Shown here one piece after another: positions 30,985 to 40,644 of a DNA stretch of 64,000 nt (position 1 is the first letter of the stretch; every line of letters begins with the position of its first letter). Below the pieces are notes generated by a model. The model had not been told where the DNA came from. It searched no databases and saw only the letters and a program-made list of their open reading frames with translations. The position numbers and the translations under genes are program-made. Source of the stretch: Candidatus Hydrogenedentota bacterium. Lineage in GTDB: Bacteria; Hydrogenedentota; Hydrogenedentia; Hydrogenedentales; SLHB01. Location of the stretch: assembly GCA_963745075.1 (NCBI GenBank), contig CAVUWV010000027.1, positions 184,969 to 248,968 on the forward strand, written 5' to 3'.

Positions 30985-32633
30985 CGGGTGACGAAGATCA
31001 CGGATTGGATCGACGGGACGAACGGGTTACGGTACGGGTATGATGACGGCGGGCGGCTGACGTCCATCACGGATTACGATGACTCGACGTTGACCTACGC
31101 CTACGACGGCGCAGGGAATGTCACGTCGCCGGCTGGAGCGAAGCGAAGTCACGCCGGTGGCGTGACAATGGCCGCAGCGGCAGCGAGGCCATGAGAGCCA
31201 AAACCACGCATGAGGACGGGTCGTTTTGGGACTACGGCTACGATGGACGCTACCGTCTCACCAGCGCGGTGCGGAGCAACGCCAATGAGACCATGGAGGC
31301 GAACTATGCCTACACCTACGATGACGGGGACAATTTGCTCAGCGACTGCAACGAAGTAAAGTCGCGTGCCCGGCAGTGGCAGCCAGCGGTAGCGCTGCCA
31401 CGGGAGGGTCGAGGGACTGCGATGAAGGCAGGCGCGACTTGTTCCAAAGGTGTCTCTCGGTATCACGCTCAGCCGTGTGATACCTGGCGACGCGGGCGGT
31501 TTCGCTTCGCTGCAACCGCCGGCATGACACCCGGCACGGCGGGCACGATCGCCAAGGCGAACACCGATGCGGACCTGGAGTTGCGGTTCACGTACGTGAA
31601 CAACGACACGAGCGACAACGGCTACTATCTCATCGTCGGGCCGCGGTATGGGACCGGCGGGGACCGGATCTACCTGAACATCCTGCGCGGGTCGATCAAT
31701 CTGGCGCAGCGTGTGAGCGGCGTGTGGACAGGCTTGGTCGGCGCGGCGGTGACGACGGAAGAGGGCGTCGAGTACACGATCCGGGTGGTCTGCGACGATT
31801 CGGATGTGAAGGTCTACCGGGCCGCGCCGGACGAACTCGAGGAGTTGGTGCTGGAGACCTCGAACTGCACCATGACGTACACGAACTACGTGACCTTCAC
31901 ACCCAGCACGGACGCGGATTTCGAGATCGACAACATCCGCATCCTGTCCGACGACCTCAGCAACACGACGACCTTTGCCGTCAACAACGCCAACGAACTC
32001 ACGTCCATGACGGACTACAACGGTTCGACCACCTTCGGTTTCGACGACTGGGGCCGGATGACCAGCAAGGCGCGCGGGAGCTACGAGGCGGAGTATGGGT
32101 ACAAATACGCGGATATGATGACAAGTCTAAACTCGGACTATCCTGGAGAATCTAATTATACTTATGAATACGGTGGAAACGGTAAACGGATTAGTTGGAC
32201 TCGAGATTCGGCGCAAACGAAGTTTCGATGGGGAAAGGGCATGTCCCTAGTCAACGAAGAAGATGGATCGGGCGAACTCACCTTAACATACTTCGGATAC
32301 TGTCTTGGTGCGGCACAGGGTGCGAATCCCGCGACAGGCAGTTGGGTCACATACTCACTTGATAAGCTTGGCACTGTACATTCTGTCCGCAATTCTTCAA
32401 AAGTAGCCGTTTCGCAAATGATGTATTCCCCTTTTGGTGAAAAGGTGTCAGCCGCCGGTACTTACGTTGCTAGGGGATACACGGGCCACTATGACGATGG
32501 GTCCGGCCACCTTTATCATTACTACCGTGATTATTTTCCTAAGTTTTCGCGTTGGACTGTCAGAGACCCGTTAGGGCCCATTGATGGGCCAAATCTATAT
32601 AGCTATTCGCGAGGCAATAAATGGGGACAGTAA
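30985..32633 (+). pseudogene. Second Rhs core fragment, rearranged and truncated just before the DPxG toxin boundary
   Basis: Paralogous to copy 1 (TTHEDGxFWxYGYDGRYRLTSAVRSNANE; DNIRILSDDLSNTTTFAVNNANELT). It ends DPLGPIDGPNLYSYSRGN-KWGQ*, where a 24-bp IR begins. Confidence 0.8.
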
Positions 32634-33037
32634 CCATTTGTTGCAGCTGGACCTGGGCGGGTGGTTCGAGGCGACGCCCGCCTCGAACTGGAAGGACACG
32701 CTCACAGCCCTCGCCGATTCCGGCCCCGAGGTGGACCTCCTTCGCCTGCACACGCGTACGGGCCGTCCCCTCGGCGGCGATTCGCTTCTCAGCAAGGTAG
32801 AAACCTACCTCGGCCGCCGTGTCCGCGCCATCCCGTGCGGGCGCCCCCACGGCAGCAAAGAAACGTTCCCGCGCAAGCGACGGTAAACGAGACCGTGCGC
32901 GAAACCGATTGCGCATTTCGGGCGCCAGTGGTAGTATTACAAAAGGATCACGGATGCACGGGCCCATCGGAATTCACGCACCCGGCATCGAGCGTCAAGG
33001 AGGGGACTGCAATAAATGGTTACTGTCCCCATTTATT
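32616..33037. mobile_element. 422-bp element bounded by a perfect 24-bp inverted repeat, carrying a RAYT-like C-terminal fragment
   Basis: AATAAATGGGGACAGTAACCATTT (32616-32639) and its exact reverse complement (33014-33037); internal LRLHTRTGRPLGGDSLLSKVETYLGRRVRAIPCGRP, stop at 32886. Confidence 0.68.
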
Positions 33038-33050
33038 CCGCGAAGACTCC

Positions 33051-33127
33051 GCAAAAGACGGGGTCAGTCCCGATTGCGCGAAAGACGGGGGCAATCCCGA
33101 GGGCGCGAATGACGGGTCAGTCCCGCC
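33051..33127. repeat. Three imperfect ~27-bp tandem repeats
   Basis: gcaaaagacggggtcagtcccgattgc / gcgaaagacgggggcaatcccgagggc / gcgaatgacgggtcagtcccgcc. Confidence 0.65.
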
Positions 33128-33262
33128 AATAGCGTGCGGTTCCTTTGAAGGGGGATCAGGGAGGACGTTCTTGTTGTAACCGGTCCGCGTGTCAGTTGGT
33201 TTCCGTTTGGCGCCACGGGGCAGTACAATTCCACGCATAGTAACTGGTCTTTTGAGGTGCTT

Positions 33263-34153
33263 ATGCCCAGTCAACATCTGCAATCGTTAATCGCGATGCT
33301 ACGGGCGCGTCCCGTCGCTACGGATGCGTCCATACAGGAATTGCGCGATCGTTTTGAAGAAGTGCCCCAGTTGTTTCCGCTCCCGGCGGATGTGGCCGTG
33401 CAGCCGGACAACGCCGACGGCGTGCCGGTCGAGTGGGTGGACGTGCCCGAATCGGATCGGAAAGCGGTGTTGCTGTACTTCCATGGCGGGGGTTACGCGA
33501 TAGGTTCTCTGAACACCCACCGGCATCTTGTGGCTGACTTGGCGCGGGCGGGCGGCGTTCGCGGGCTGTCCGTTGGGTACCAGCTGGCGCCGGAGCACCC
33601 GTTTCCTGCCGCGATAGAAGACGCGACCGCCGCCTACCGGTGGCTGCTGGCCCAAGGCATCGATCCCTGGCGCATTGTTATCGGCGGGGACTCGGCCGGG
33701 GGCGGTCTGACCCTGGCGACGTTGATTGCATTACGCGACGCGGGGGAACCCTTGCCCGCAGCGGCGGTCTTGCTTTCTCCTTGGACGGATCTGGCCGCTG
33801 AGAGCGAATCCGTGACGTCGAAGGCTGACGTGGACCCGATGCTGACGCCGAACGATCTGCACCGATACGCGCGCTGGTACGTTGGCGATATGGACACGAA
33901 GACGCCGCTGGCGTCGCCCCTGTACGCGCACCTTTCCGGGCTGCCCCCGCTGCTCATTCATGTCGGCACCGCGGAGATTTTACTGGACGACGCCGTGAAG
34001 CTGGCCGAGCGTGCGCGCAACGCGGGCGTGGAGGTGGTGCTGGACGTTAAGGAAGATCTCATCCACGTGTGGCACTACTTCGCGCAATTGGTGCCGGAAG
34101 GCGAGGAGTCCGTCCGCGACGTGGGGGCTTTCATTCGCGGCCACATCGAATAA
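33263..34153 (+). CDS. Alpha/beta hydrolase, hormone-sensitive lipase (family IV esterase)
   Basis: YFHGGGY, LAPEHPFPAA, GDSAGG nucleophile elbow, LIHVW. Confidence 0.93.
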   Translation: MPSQHLQSLIAMLRARPVATDASIQELRDRFEEVPQLFPLPADVAVQPDNADGVPVEWVDVPESDRKAVLLYFHGGGYAIGSLNTHRHLVADLARAGGVRGLSVGYQLAPEHPFPAAIEDATAAYRWLLAQGIDPWRIVIGGDSAGGGLTLATLIALRDAGEPLPAAAVLLSPWTDLAAESESVTSKADVDPMLTPNDLHRYARWYVGDMDTKTPLASPLYAHLSGLPPLLIHVGTAEILLDDAVKLAERARNAGVEVVLDVKEDLIHVWHYFAQLVPEGEESVRDVGAFIRGHIE

Positions 34154-34183
34154 CGTATTCTAGTTTCTTCCGCGTCCTCCTAA

Positions 34184-34328
34184 TCGTACTTCGTACTCGG
34201 TCTCGTACTCGTACTCGAAGAAATGAAAAGTCTTGGCGCAGTGGAGAAACGACGTGTTGGGTTAGCCAATCCGCAACTCTTCCCGCTCGGCGATTCGAGT
34301 ACGAGTACGAAGTACGAGAGCGAGTACG
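34184..34328. repeat. Intergenic palindromic element built of CGTACT/AGTACG hexamers
   Basis: 17-bp perfect IR tcgtactcgtactcgaa (34203-34219) / ttcgagtacgagtacga (34294-34310), plus further outer hexamer copies. Confidence 0.75.
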
Positions 34329-34387
34329 TGAGGTGACCGGCGGCTACGAGAAAACTTGACCTTTTCTAACGCGGGGAGAAGGCGCAC

Positions 34388-35740
34388 ATGCCTGACGATC
34401 GAGAGCGGCTGGACCGGTTGCAGTCGGAAGGTGATTTGAACGTCTCACCGCGGCGGTCTGAGTGGGCGCAATCGAATCTCGACGAGCCGACCGAGGCATT
34501 GCTCGACGAGGATTCCAAATATTTCCTGCATCAATCTCTTTCGACGCCCTGCCTCAACGCCATCCGGAGTTGCCATGGTATCTATCTCGAAGACGTGCAA
34601 GGCAACCGGATCATGGATTTCCACGGGAACAGCGTGCACCAGGTTGGGTACGGCCACCCCCGCGTGGTGCAGGCGATCCGGGAGCAGATGGAGTCGCTGC
34701 CGTTTTGTCCGCGGCGCTACACGAACGAACCGGCCATCGCGTTGGCGAAGAAACTTTGCGATCTCGCGCCGGGCGACCTGAACAAGGTCCTCTTCGCGCC
34801 CGGCGGCACGTCGGCCATCGGCATGGCGTTGAAACTGGCGCGCATGGCGACGGGGCGGTTCAAGACGATCTCGATGTGGGAGTCTTTTCACGGTGCGTCG
34901 CTGGACGCGATTTCCGTGGGCGGGGAGGCCATTTTTCGCAACGGCATCGGTCCGTTGCTCCCCGGCACGGAGCACGTGCCGCCGCCCGACCCGACCCATT
35001 GTCCCTGGGGCTGCGAGGGGACCTGCTCGCTCAAATGTGCGGAATACATCGAGTACGTGTTGGACAAAGAGGGTGACGTGGGCGCGGTCATCGCGGAGAC
35101 GATCCGGTGCACGCCGTTCATTCCGCCGCCGGACTATTGGCGCATCGTGCGCGATGCCTGCGACCGTCACGGCGCGCTGCTCATCCTCGACGAAATCCCG
35201 ACCTGCCTCGGGCGCACGGGGAAGATGTTCGTGTGCGAACATTACGGCATCGTGCCCGACATGCTCGTCATCGGGAAAGGCCTCGGCGGTGGCGTTTTCC
35301 CGTTGGCCGCGCTTATCGCCCGGGAGGGTCTCGACGTCATGCCGGACCGGGCGCTCGGCCATTACACTCACGAGAAGAATCCAGTCGCCTGCGCCGCGGG
35401 GTTGGCCACCATTGTCGTCATCGAGGAAGAGGGCCTGCTCGACCACGCGGCGGAGTTGGGTGCGTACGCCGTGGGGCGGCTGCGTGACATGCGCGAGCGT
35501 TTTCCCATCATCGGCGACGCCCGCGGTATCGGCCTCCAACTCGGCGTCGAACTCCTCCGCGACGGCAAACGCGCGACGGAGGAAGCGGAGCAGGTTATGT
35601 ACGCTGCGCTCTCGCGTGGCTTAAGTTTCAAGCTGACCATGGGCAACATCCTTACGCTGACGCCGCCACTCATCATCACGCGCGACGAAATGGACGCGGC
35701 GTTGGAGGTGTTGGAGGCGAGCTTGGCGGAAGTGAGGTGA
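34388..35740 (+). CDS. Class III PLP aminotransferase-fold enzyme, PbfA-like ((R)-1-hydroxy-2-aminoethylphosphonate ammonia-lyase)
   Basis: LILDEIPTCLGRTG and GKGLGGG (PLP Lys). The N-terminal SEGDLN..RR..W, FLHQSLSTPCL and GHYTHEKNP motifs match PbfA as I recall it. Confidence 0.75.
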   Translation: MPDDRERLDRLQSEGDLNVSPRRSEWAQSNLDEPTEALLDEDSKYFLHQSLSTPCLNAIRSCHGIYLEDVQGNRIMDFHGNSVHQVGYGHPRVVQAIREQMESLPFCPRRYTNEPAIALAKKLCDLAPGDLNKVLFAPGGTSAIGMALKLARMATGRFKTISMWESFHGASLDAISVGGEAIFRNGIGPLLPGTEHVPPPDPTHCPWGCEGTCSLKCAEYIEYVLDKEGDVGAVIAETIRCTPFIPPPDYWRIVRDACDRHGALLILDEIPTCLGRTGKMFVCEHYGIVPDMLVIGKGLGGGVFPLAALIAREGLDVMPDRALGHYTHEKNPVACAAGLATIVVIEEEGLLDHAAELGAYAVGRLRDMRERFPIIGDARGIGLQLGVELLRDGKRATEEAEQVMYAALSRGLSFKLTMGNILTLTPPLIITRDEMDAALEVLEASLAEVR

Positions 35741-35756
35741 TTGGGCCGGGGAGAAC

Positions 35757-35792
35757 ATGGACGGAATGGACGTGATGGACCAAATGGACGGG
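35757..35792. repeat. Four 9-bp tandem repeats ATGGACnnn
   Basis: atggacgga atggacgtg atggaccaa atggacggg. Confidence 0.65.
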
Positions 35793-35902
35793 GACGAATA
35801 GGTGAATCGCGATCGAGGGGTCAACATCGCGCTGTCTGTCCAATAAAGGCTACAATCGATGTGGTGCGAATTGGAGTCGAGTCAGGGGATGGAGTGTCAT
35901 TT

Positions 35903-38194
35903 ATGAAATCCATGCGAATTGCGGGGATGGTCTGTGTGGTTGCGATGGTGGCGGGGTGTGCGCGGTTTGGGATGGCCCCGGGAGGCGTCCAGGTCGCGCG
36001 GCAGGGGATGCCGAGCGTATTTATCACGATTCCTCCCGATCCGTCTCCGTCGACGCTATACGCGGGGCAAGAACTGGCGCGATTTCTGACCGAAATGACC
36101 GGCGCAACGATCGAGCTGGTCCTCGACTATCCGGGTGCGCCTTCGGACGCCATCGTCATCGGCGCGGTGCGGGGGTGCGACGCCTTGTTGCAGGACATCG
36201 ATATCCCGTCGTTGGGGAAAGAGGGCTACGTCATCCGGTCGGACGGGGCGCGCGTAATCATAGCGGGCGGTCAACCGCGGGGCATACTATACGGCGTGTA
36301 CGGACTTCTGGAAGATCACCTCGGGTGCCGATGGTTCACGACGGACGTGAGCCGCATCCCGAAGGACCCGGATTTGGTGATTCCGCCGATTAACGAACGG
36401 GTGATTCCGCGGCTCGAATATCGAGAGCCCTTTGTCATGGACTGTTTCGACGGGGACTGGGCGGCGCGCAACCGGATGAACAGCAGCTCCGCACGGCTCG
36501 ACGAAAAGCACGGCGGGAAAGTCACGTACTACGGGTTCGTGCACACTTTTGAAAGTTTGGTGCCGCCGGACGTTTATTATGAGGAACATCCCGAATACTA
36601 TTCGCTGGTGAACGGGAAACGGCTGCGGGAGCAGTCCCAGCTGTGCTGCACGAACGAAGACGTGGCGCGCATCGTGACGGAGGAAGTGCGCAAACGTATG
36701 CGGGAGCATCCGGAGGCGACCGTATTTTCCGTGTCGCAGAACGACCGGCTCAACTACTGCCAATGCGACAAGTGCACTGCCTTGGCCGAGGCGGAAGGCA
36801 CGCAAATGGCGCCGGTCCTGTTGCTTGTCAACAAGGTCGCGCGGGCCGTGGCGGATGAATTTCCGGACAAGCTGGTGGACACGCTCGCCTACCAATACAC
36901 GCGCAAGGCGCCGAAGACCATGCGCCCGGAACCGAACGTGGTGATTCGGTTGTGCAGCATCGAGTGCTGTTTTTCGCACCCTTTTGAGACCTGTGACAGC
37001 CCGCAGAACCAAGCTTTTGTGAAAGACGTGGAGGCGTGGTCAGAAGTTTCCGACCGGTTGTGGGTATGGAACTACAACACGTCCTTCTCGAACTACTTTA
37101 CGCCGTTTCCCAACCTTCGCGTGCGCAACGACAACATTCGTTTTTACGCGGACCACAATGTGACGGGGATTTTCGAGCAGGATGTGTACACAACACTGCA
37201 CGGCGAACTGTCGGAACTGAGCGGCTATCTCAACGCCAAGTTTTTGTGGAATCCTGACTACGACGAAGATACGGCGATCGACGAGTTTCTCGACGGCGTG
37301 TACGGCGACGCAGCGAAACCGATTCGCAAGTACATCAACATGCTGCACGACCACGTGGAAAGAGACGACATCCACATGGACATCTGGATCGGTCCCGACT
37401 ATCCCGTGCTGAACGACCGCATCATGAAAAAAGCCGAGCGGTTGTGGGATAAAGCGGAAGCGGCCGTCGCGTACGAGCCGGTCACCCTGGAGCGCGTGAA
37501 GATCGCGCGATTGAGTGTGGATTATGCGGCCATCGAACGGATGCGGGACAAGGGCCTCGCCATGTACGACTACGATCTGAAAACGCAGCAGGCGACGTTG
37601 CGCCCGGATATGGTCACGCGGATCGAGCGGTTTCTGGACGTGGCCACGCGAAATGGGGTGACAAACATTCGCGAACAGGGCGGGGCCTTGGACATCTACC
37701 GGCAAAGCCTGGAAAACCTGCGGGCGGTCACATCGGAACCCATGGTCGCGCCGGTGAATCCCGGGTCTGTGAAACCCGGTCTCACGTTCCGGTATTACGA
37801 AGGGGAGTGGACCGCGCTCCCGGACTTCGACGCGCTGACGCCGGTGCGGGAAGGCGTGGCGGGCGTCATCAACACCGAGCCCACCAAACACGGCGAGACC
37901 TTCGCCTTAGTCTACGAAGGGTTTATCGACGCGCCGCGGTCCGGGCTGTACTGGTTTGAGTGCCGGTCGAATGACGGCAGTAAGGTTTTTATTGGGGATC
38001 GCATGTTAATCAGTCACGACGGGCTGCACGGAGCGACGGCGAAGTCCGGTGCGATCGCATTGGAAGCGGGACTGCACCCGATTAAGGTGCAGTATTTCAA
38101 CGCCGGTGGCGGGTTCACGTTGGATCTCGCCTATGAAGGTCCGGGTATCAAGCGCCAGATGGTCCCCGCGAGAGCGTTGCGGCACGCACCTTGA
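35903..38194 (+). CDS. Lipoprotein with DUF4838 (glycoside hydrolase-like) and C-terminal PA14 domain
   Basis: Lipobox VAGC; GILYGVYGLLEDHLGCRWF, HPEYYSL...QLCCTN, SVSQND...CQCDKC; PA14-like SNDGSKVFI...HDGLHG...GLHPIKVQYF. Confidence 0.82.
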   Translation: MKSMRIAGMVCVVAMVAGCARFGMAPGGVQVARQGMPSVFITIPPDPSPSTLYAGQELARFLTEMTGATIELVLDYPGAPSDAIVIGAVRGCDALLQDIDIPSLGKEGYVIRSDGARVIIAGGQPRGILYGVYGLLEDHLGCRWFTTDVSRIPKDPDLVIPPINERVIPRLEYREPFVMDCFDGDWAARNRMNSSSARLDEKHGGKVTYYGFVHTFESLVPPDVYYEEHPEYYSLVNGKRLREQSQLCCTNEDVARIVTEEVRKRMREHPEATVFSVSQNDRLNYCQCDKCTALAEAEGTQMAPVLLLVNKVARAVADEFPDKLVDTLAYQYTRKAPKTMRPEPNVVIRLCSIECCFSHPFETCDSPQNQAFVKDVEAWSEVSDRLWVWNYNTSFSNYFTPFPNLRVRNDNIRFYADHNVTGIFEQDVYTTLHGELSELSGYLNAKFLWNPDYDEDTAIDEFLDGVYGDAAKPIRKYINMLHDHVERDDIHMDIWIGPDYPVLNDRIMKKAERLWDKAEAAVAYEPVTLERVKIARLSVDYAAIERMRDKGLAMYDYDLKTQQATLRPDMVTRIERFLDVATRNGVTNIREQGGALDIYRQSLENLRAVTSEPMVAPVNPGSVKPGLTFRYYEGEWTALPDFDALTPVREGVAGVINTEPTKHGETFALVYEGFIDAPRSGLYWFECRSNDGSKVFIGDRMLISHDGLHGATAKSGAIALEAGLHPIKVQYFNAGGGFTLDLAYEGPGIKRQMVPARALRHAP

Positions 38195-38325
38195 CCTGCC
38201 TGGGTCCGGTTGCTACGGTAAATCCGGTCGGCTGCGCGATCGCTTCACTGGAGTGTCACCATTTATAGTTTCGTACCGTCATTTAGTAAAGACTGTCCCG
38301 TATTCAATTCAGGAAGGTGACGAGC

Positions 38326-39360
38326 ATGGCAATAGAACCAGCAGGAGCGACCCCGCGGACCTCGGACGTCGAACTCGCGGCGGCGTTTCACCAGAAATAC
38401 CAGGAACTGGTCCACGAGATTCACTCGGTGGTGGTCGGCCAGGATCGGATTATCCGAGAATTGCTGACCGCCTTGTTCGCCCGGGGCCATGCGCTGATTA
38501 TCGGCGTGCCGGGCCTGGCCAAGACGCTGCTGGTGAAGACCTTGGCGCAATCGTTGGGGTGGGAGTTCAAGCGCATCCAGTTCACGCCGGATCTTATGCC
38601 CTCGGATATCACCGGTACGGACATACTCCAGACGGACCCAGCTACGGGCCAGCGCGTGATGACCTTCGTGAAGGGCCCGCTCTTCGCCAACCTCATCCTC
38701 GCCGACGAAATCAACCGCACCCCGCCAAAGACCCAGGCCGCACTCCTGGAGGCCATGCAGGAATACACGGTCACCGCGGCCGGTCAGACCTTTCATTTGG
38801 AACCGCCTTTCTTTGTCATGGCGACCCAGAACCCCATCGAGCATGAAGGGACCTATCCCCTGCCGGAGGCCCAGCTCGACCGGTTCATGTTCAGCATCAA
38901 TATTGGCTATCCGAACCGTGACGAAGAGATCCGGATTGTGGAAGAAACCACGACGCGCGATTTTCCGGAGGTGAAGACTGTTTTCACGAAGGAAGAAGTC
39001 ATGCGGTACCAGACGCTCGTGCGGCGCGTCCCCGTGTCGCGACACGTCATGGAATATGCCATCGATCTGGCCCGCGCGTCCCGGCCCCGGAACAAAGGCG
39101 CCGATCCCTTTGTGGACGAATACGTGGAGTGGGGCGCGGGACCACGTGCTTCGCAGTATTTGATTCTCGGCGCAAAGGTGCTCGCCTTGCTTGACGGAAA
39201 ACCCGCGCCCTCGTGCGACGAGGTTCGCTCGGTGGCGATGCCCGTGCTGCAGCACCGCATCATCCCGAATTATCGGGCCACGGGCGAAGGGATCACGCCG
39301 GTCGCCATCATCGACCGGCTCGTCCGATCGGTGAAGGAGCCCGACTACAAGAAGAAGTGA
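38326..39360 (+). CDS. MoxR-family AAA+ ATPase
   Basis: GVPGLAKT, RIQFTPDLMPSDITG, LADEINRTPPKTQAALLEAMQE, ATQNPIEHEGTYPLPEAQLDRF. Confidence 0.96.
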   Translation: MAIEPAGATPRTSDVELAAAFHQKYQELVHEIHSVVVGQDRIIRELLTALFARGHALIIGVPGLAKTLLVKTLAQSLGWEFKRIQFTPDLMPSDITGTDILQTDPATGQRVMTFVKGPLFANLILADEINRTPPKTQAALLEAMQEYTVTAAGQTFHLEPPFFVMATQNPIEHEGTYPLPEAQLDRFMFSINIGYPNRDEEIRIVEETTTRDFPEVKTVFTKEEVMRYQTLVRRVPVSRHVMEYAIDLARASRPRNKGADPFVDEYVEWGAGPRASQYLILGAKVLALLDGKPAPSCDEVRSVAMPVLQHRIIPNYRATGEGITPVAIIDRLVRSVKEPDYKKK

Positions 39361-39420
39361 CTATGGGTGCGGAATGGACACGGATTGAAATTGTACAATT
39401 CAGTTTGGAAGCCGAACCGG

Positions 39421-39598
39421 AGAAATTCGAAATACGAAGCACGAAATTCTAAACAAATTCGAATTTCAAAGCACGAATTACCAAAACGTCAGAATACTTC
39501 TGTGAGGGAAAACGAGTGCAGATTCTCGTGTTTCGAGCATTCGGTTATTGAATCATTTGAGATTTTTTCGGATTTGGTGCTTCGTATTTCGAATTTCT
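39421..39598. mobile_element. 178-bp MITE-like palindromic element within the MoxR operon
   Basis: Perfect 22-bp terminal IR agaaattcgaaatacgaagcac (39421-39442) / gtgcttcgtatttcgaatttct (39577-39598); AT-rich with heptamer periodicity. Confidence 0.7.
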
Positions 39599-39727
39599 TT
39601 GTTCCATTCGTCTTGAGTTTCCGTACCGTTTGCGGTGCTCATTGACGACGGTAGGACCAACGATCGTATGCAACAACCGCCTCCTCTCCCGCGTCTTGAT
39701 GCTCCCCGGCGTGACGCGCGTTCCGGC

Positions 39728-40642
39728 ATGCAGTCCTGGAAATACCTTAGCCCCGAGGATCTTCGGGGTCTCAAAAACCTGTTTTTCGCGGCGCGGGTTA
39801 TCGTGGAAGGCGCGTATGCGGGGCGTCACAAATCGCCGTACAAAGGGTCTGCGGCGGAGTTTGTGGACTACCGCGAATACTACCCCGGCGACGAGATCCG
39901 CAGCATCGACTGGAAAGCCTTTGCGCGGACGGACCGGTACTACGTCAAGTTGTTCGAGCGCGAAACGGATATGAACTGCCACCTCCTGGTGGACCGCAGC
40001 GCGTCCATGGGGTACGGGGGCAAAGAGTTCAACGCGTTTTTCCCGACGAAGGAATTGTCCAAGCTCGAATACGCTTCGTACTTGGCGGCGGCGCTGGCTT
40101 ACCTGATGGTGAAACAGGGGGACCGCGTCAGCCTTACGATGTTCGACGAACGGGTGAGCGCGTACGTTCCCTCGGGTAGCACGTTTCCGCATCTGTACTC
40201 CGTACTGAACGCGCTGGAGGGCACACGGAGCGGGCGCAAAACGTCGGTGGCCCGGGTGTTGCGCGACACCTTTGCGTTGCACCGGCGGCGCGGATTGCTG
40301 GTGATCGTTTCGGATCTGCTGGATGAACCGGAGGCGATCTTTCAGGCGCTCGACATGTACCGCCACCGCAACTTCGAGATCATCCTCTTTCACGTGTTGC
40401 ACCGGTACGAGATCGACCTGCCGCCGCTGGATAGTGTGAATTTCGTCGACGCGGAAACCGGGGAAACCGTGTCGTCGCGCCCGGACGATATCGCGCGATC
40501 GTACAAGCGCGAACTCGACGCATTTGTTGCCACGATGGCGGCGTCGGCCCAGGCGCGCAACATTGACTATAACTTCATCAACACGACGACGCCGTATCAC
40601 GACGTCCTACAGAAGTATCTCCTCCGCCGAGGCACGCTATAG
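39728..40642 (+). CDS. DUF58 / VWA protein
   Basis: GRHKSPYKG..EFVDYREYYPGDEIRSIDWK, LLVDRSASM, IVSDL. The start could be 39668. Confidence 0.92.
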   Translation: MQSWKYLSPEDLRGLKNLFFAARVIVEGAYAGRHKSPYKGSAAEFVDYREYYPGDEIRSIDWKAFARTDRYYVKLFERETDMNCHLLVDRSASMGYGGKEFNAFFPTKELSKLEYASYLAAALAYLMVKQGDRVSLTMFDERVSAYVPSGSTFPHLYSVLNALEGTRSGRKTSVARVLRDTFALHRRRGLLVIVSDLLDEPEAIFQALDMYRHRNFEIILFHVLHRYEIDLPPLDSVNFVDAETGETVSSRPDDIARSYKRELDAFVATMAASAQARNIDYNFINTTTPYHDVLQKYLLRRGTL

Positions 40643-40644
40643 CC

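Noticed and set aside
27430..33037. Intact autonomous transposon or prophage carrying the Rhs locus
   Set aside because: Only transposase C-terminal tails are present, with no catalytic domain, integrase or phage genes.
33051..33127. 27-bp repeats as a CRISPR array
   Set aside because: The repeats abut with no unique spacers, are degenerate, and there are no cas genes in the window.
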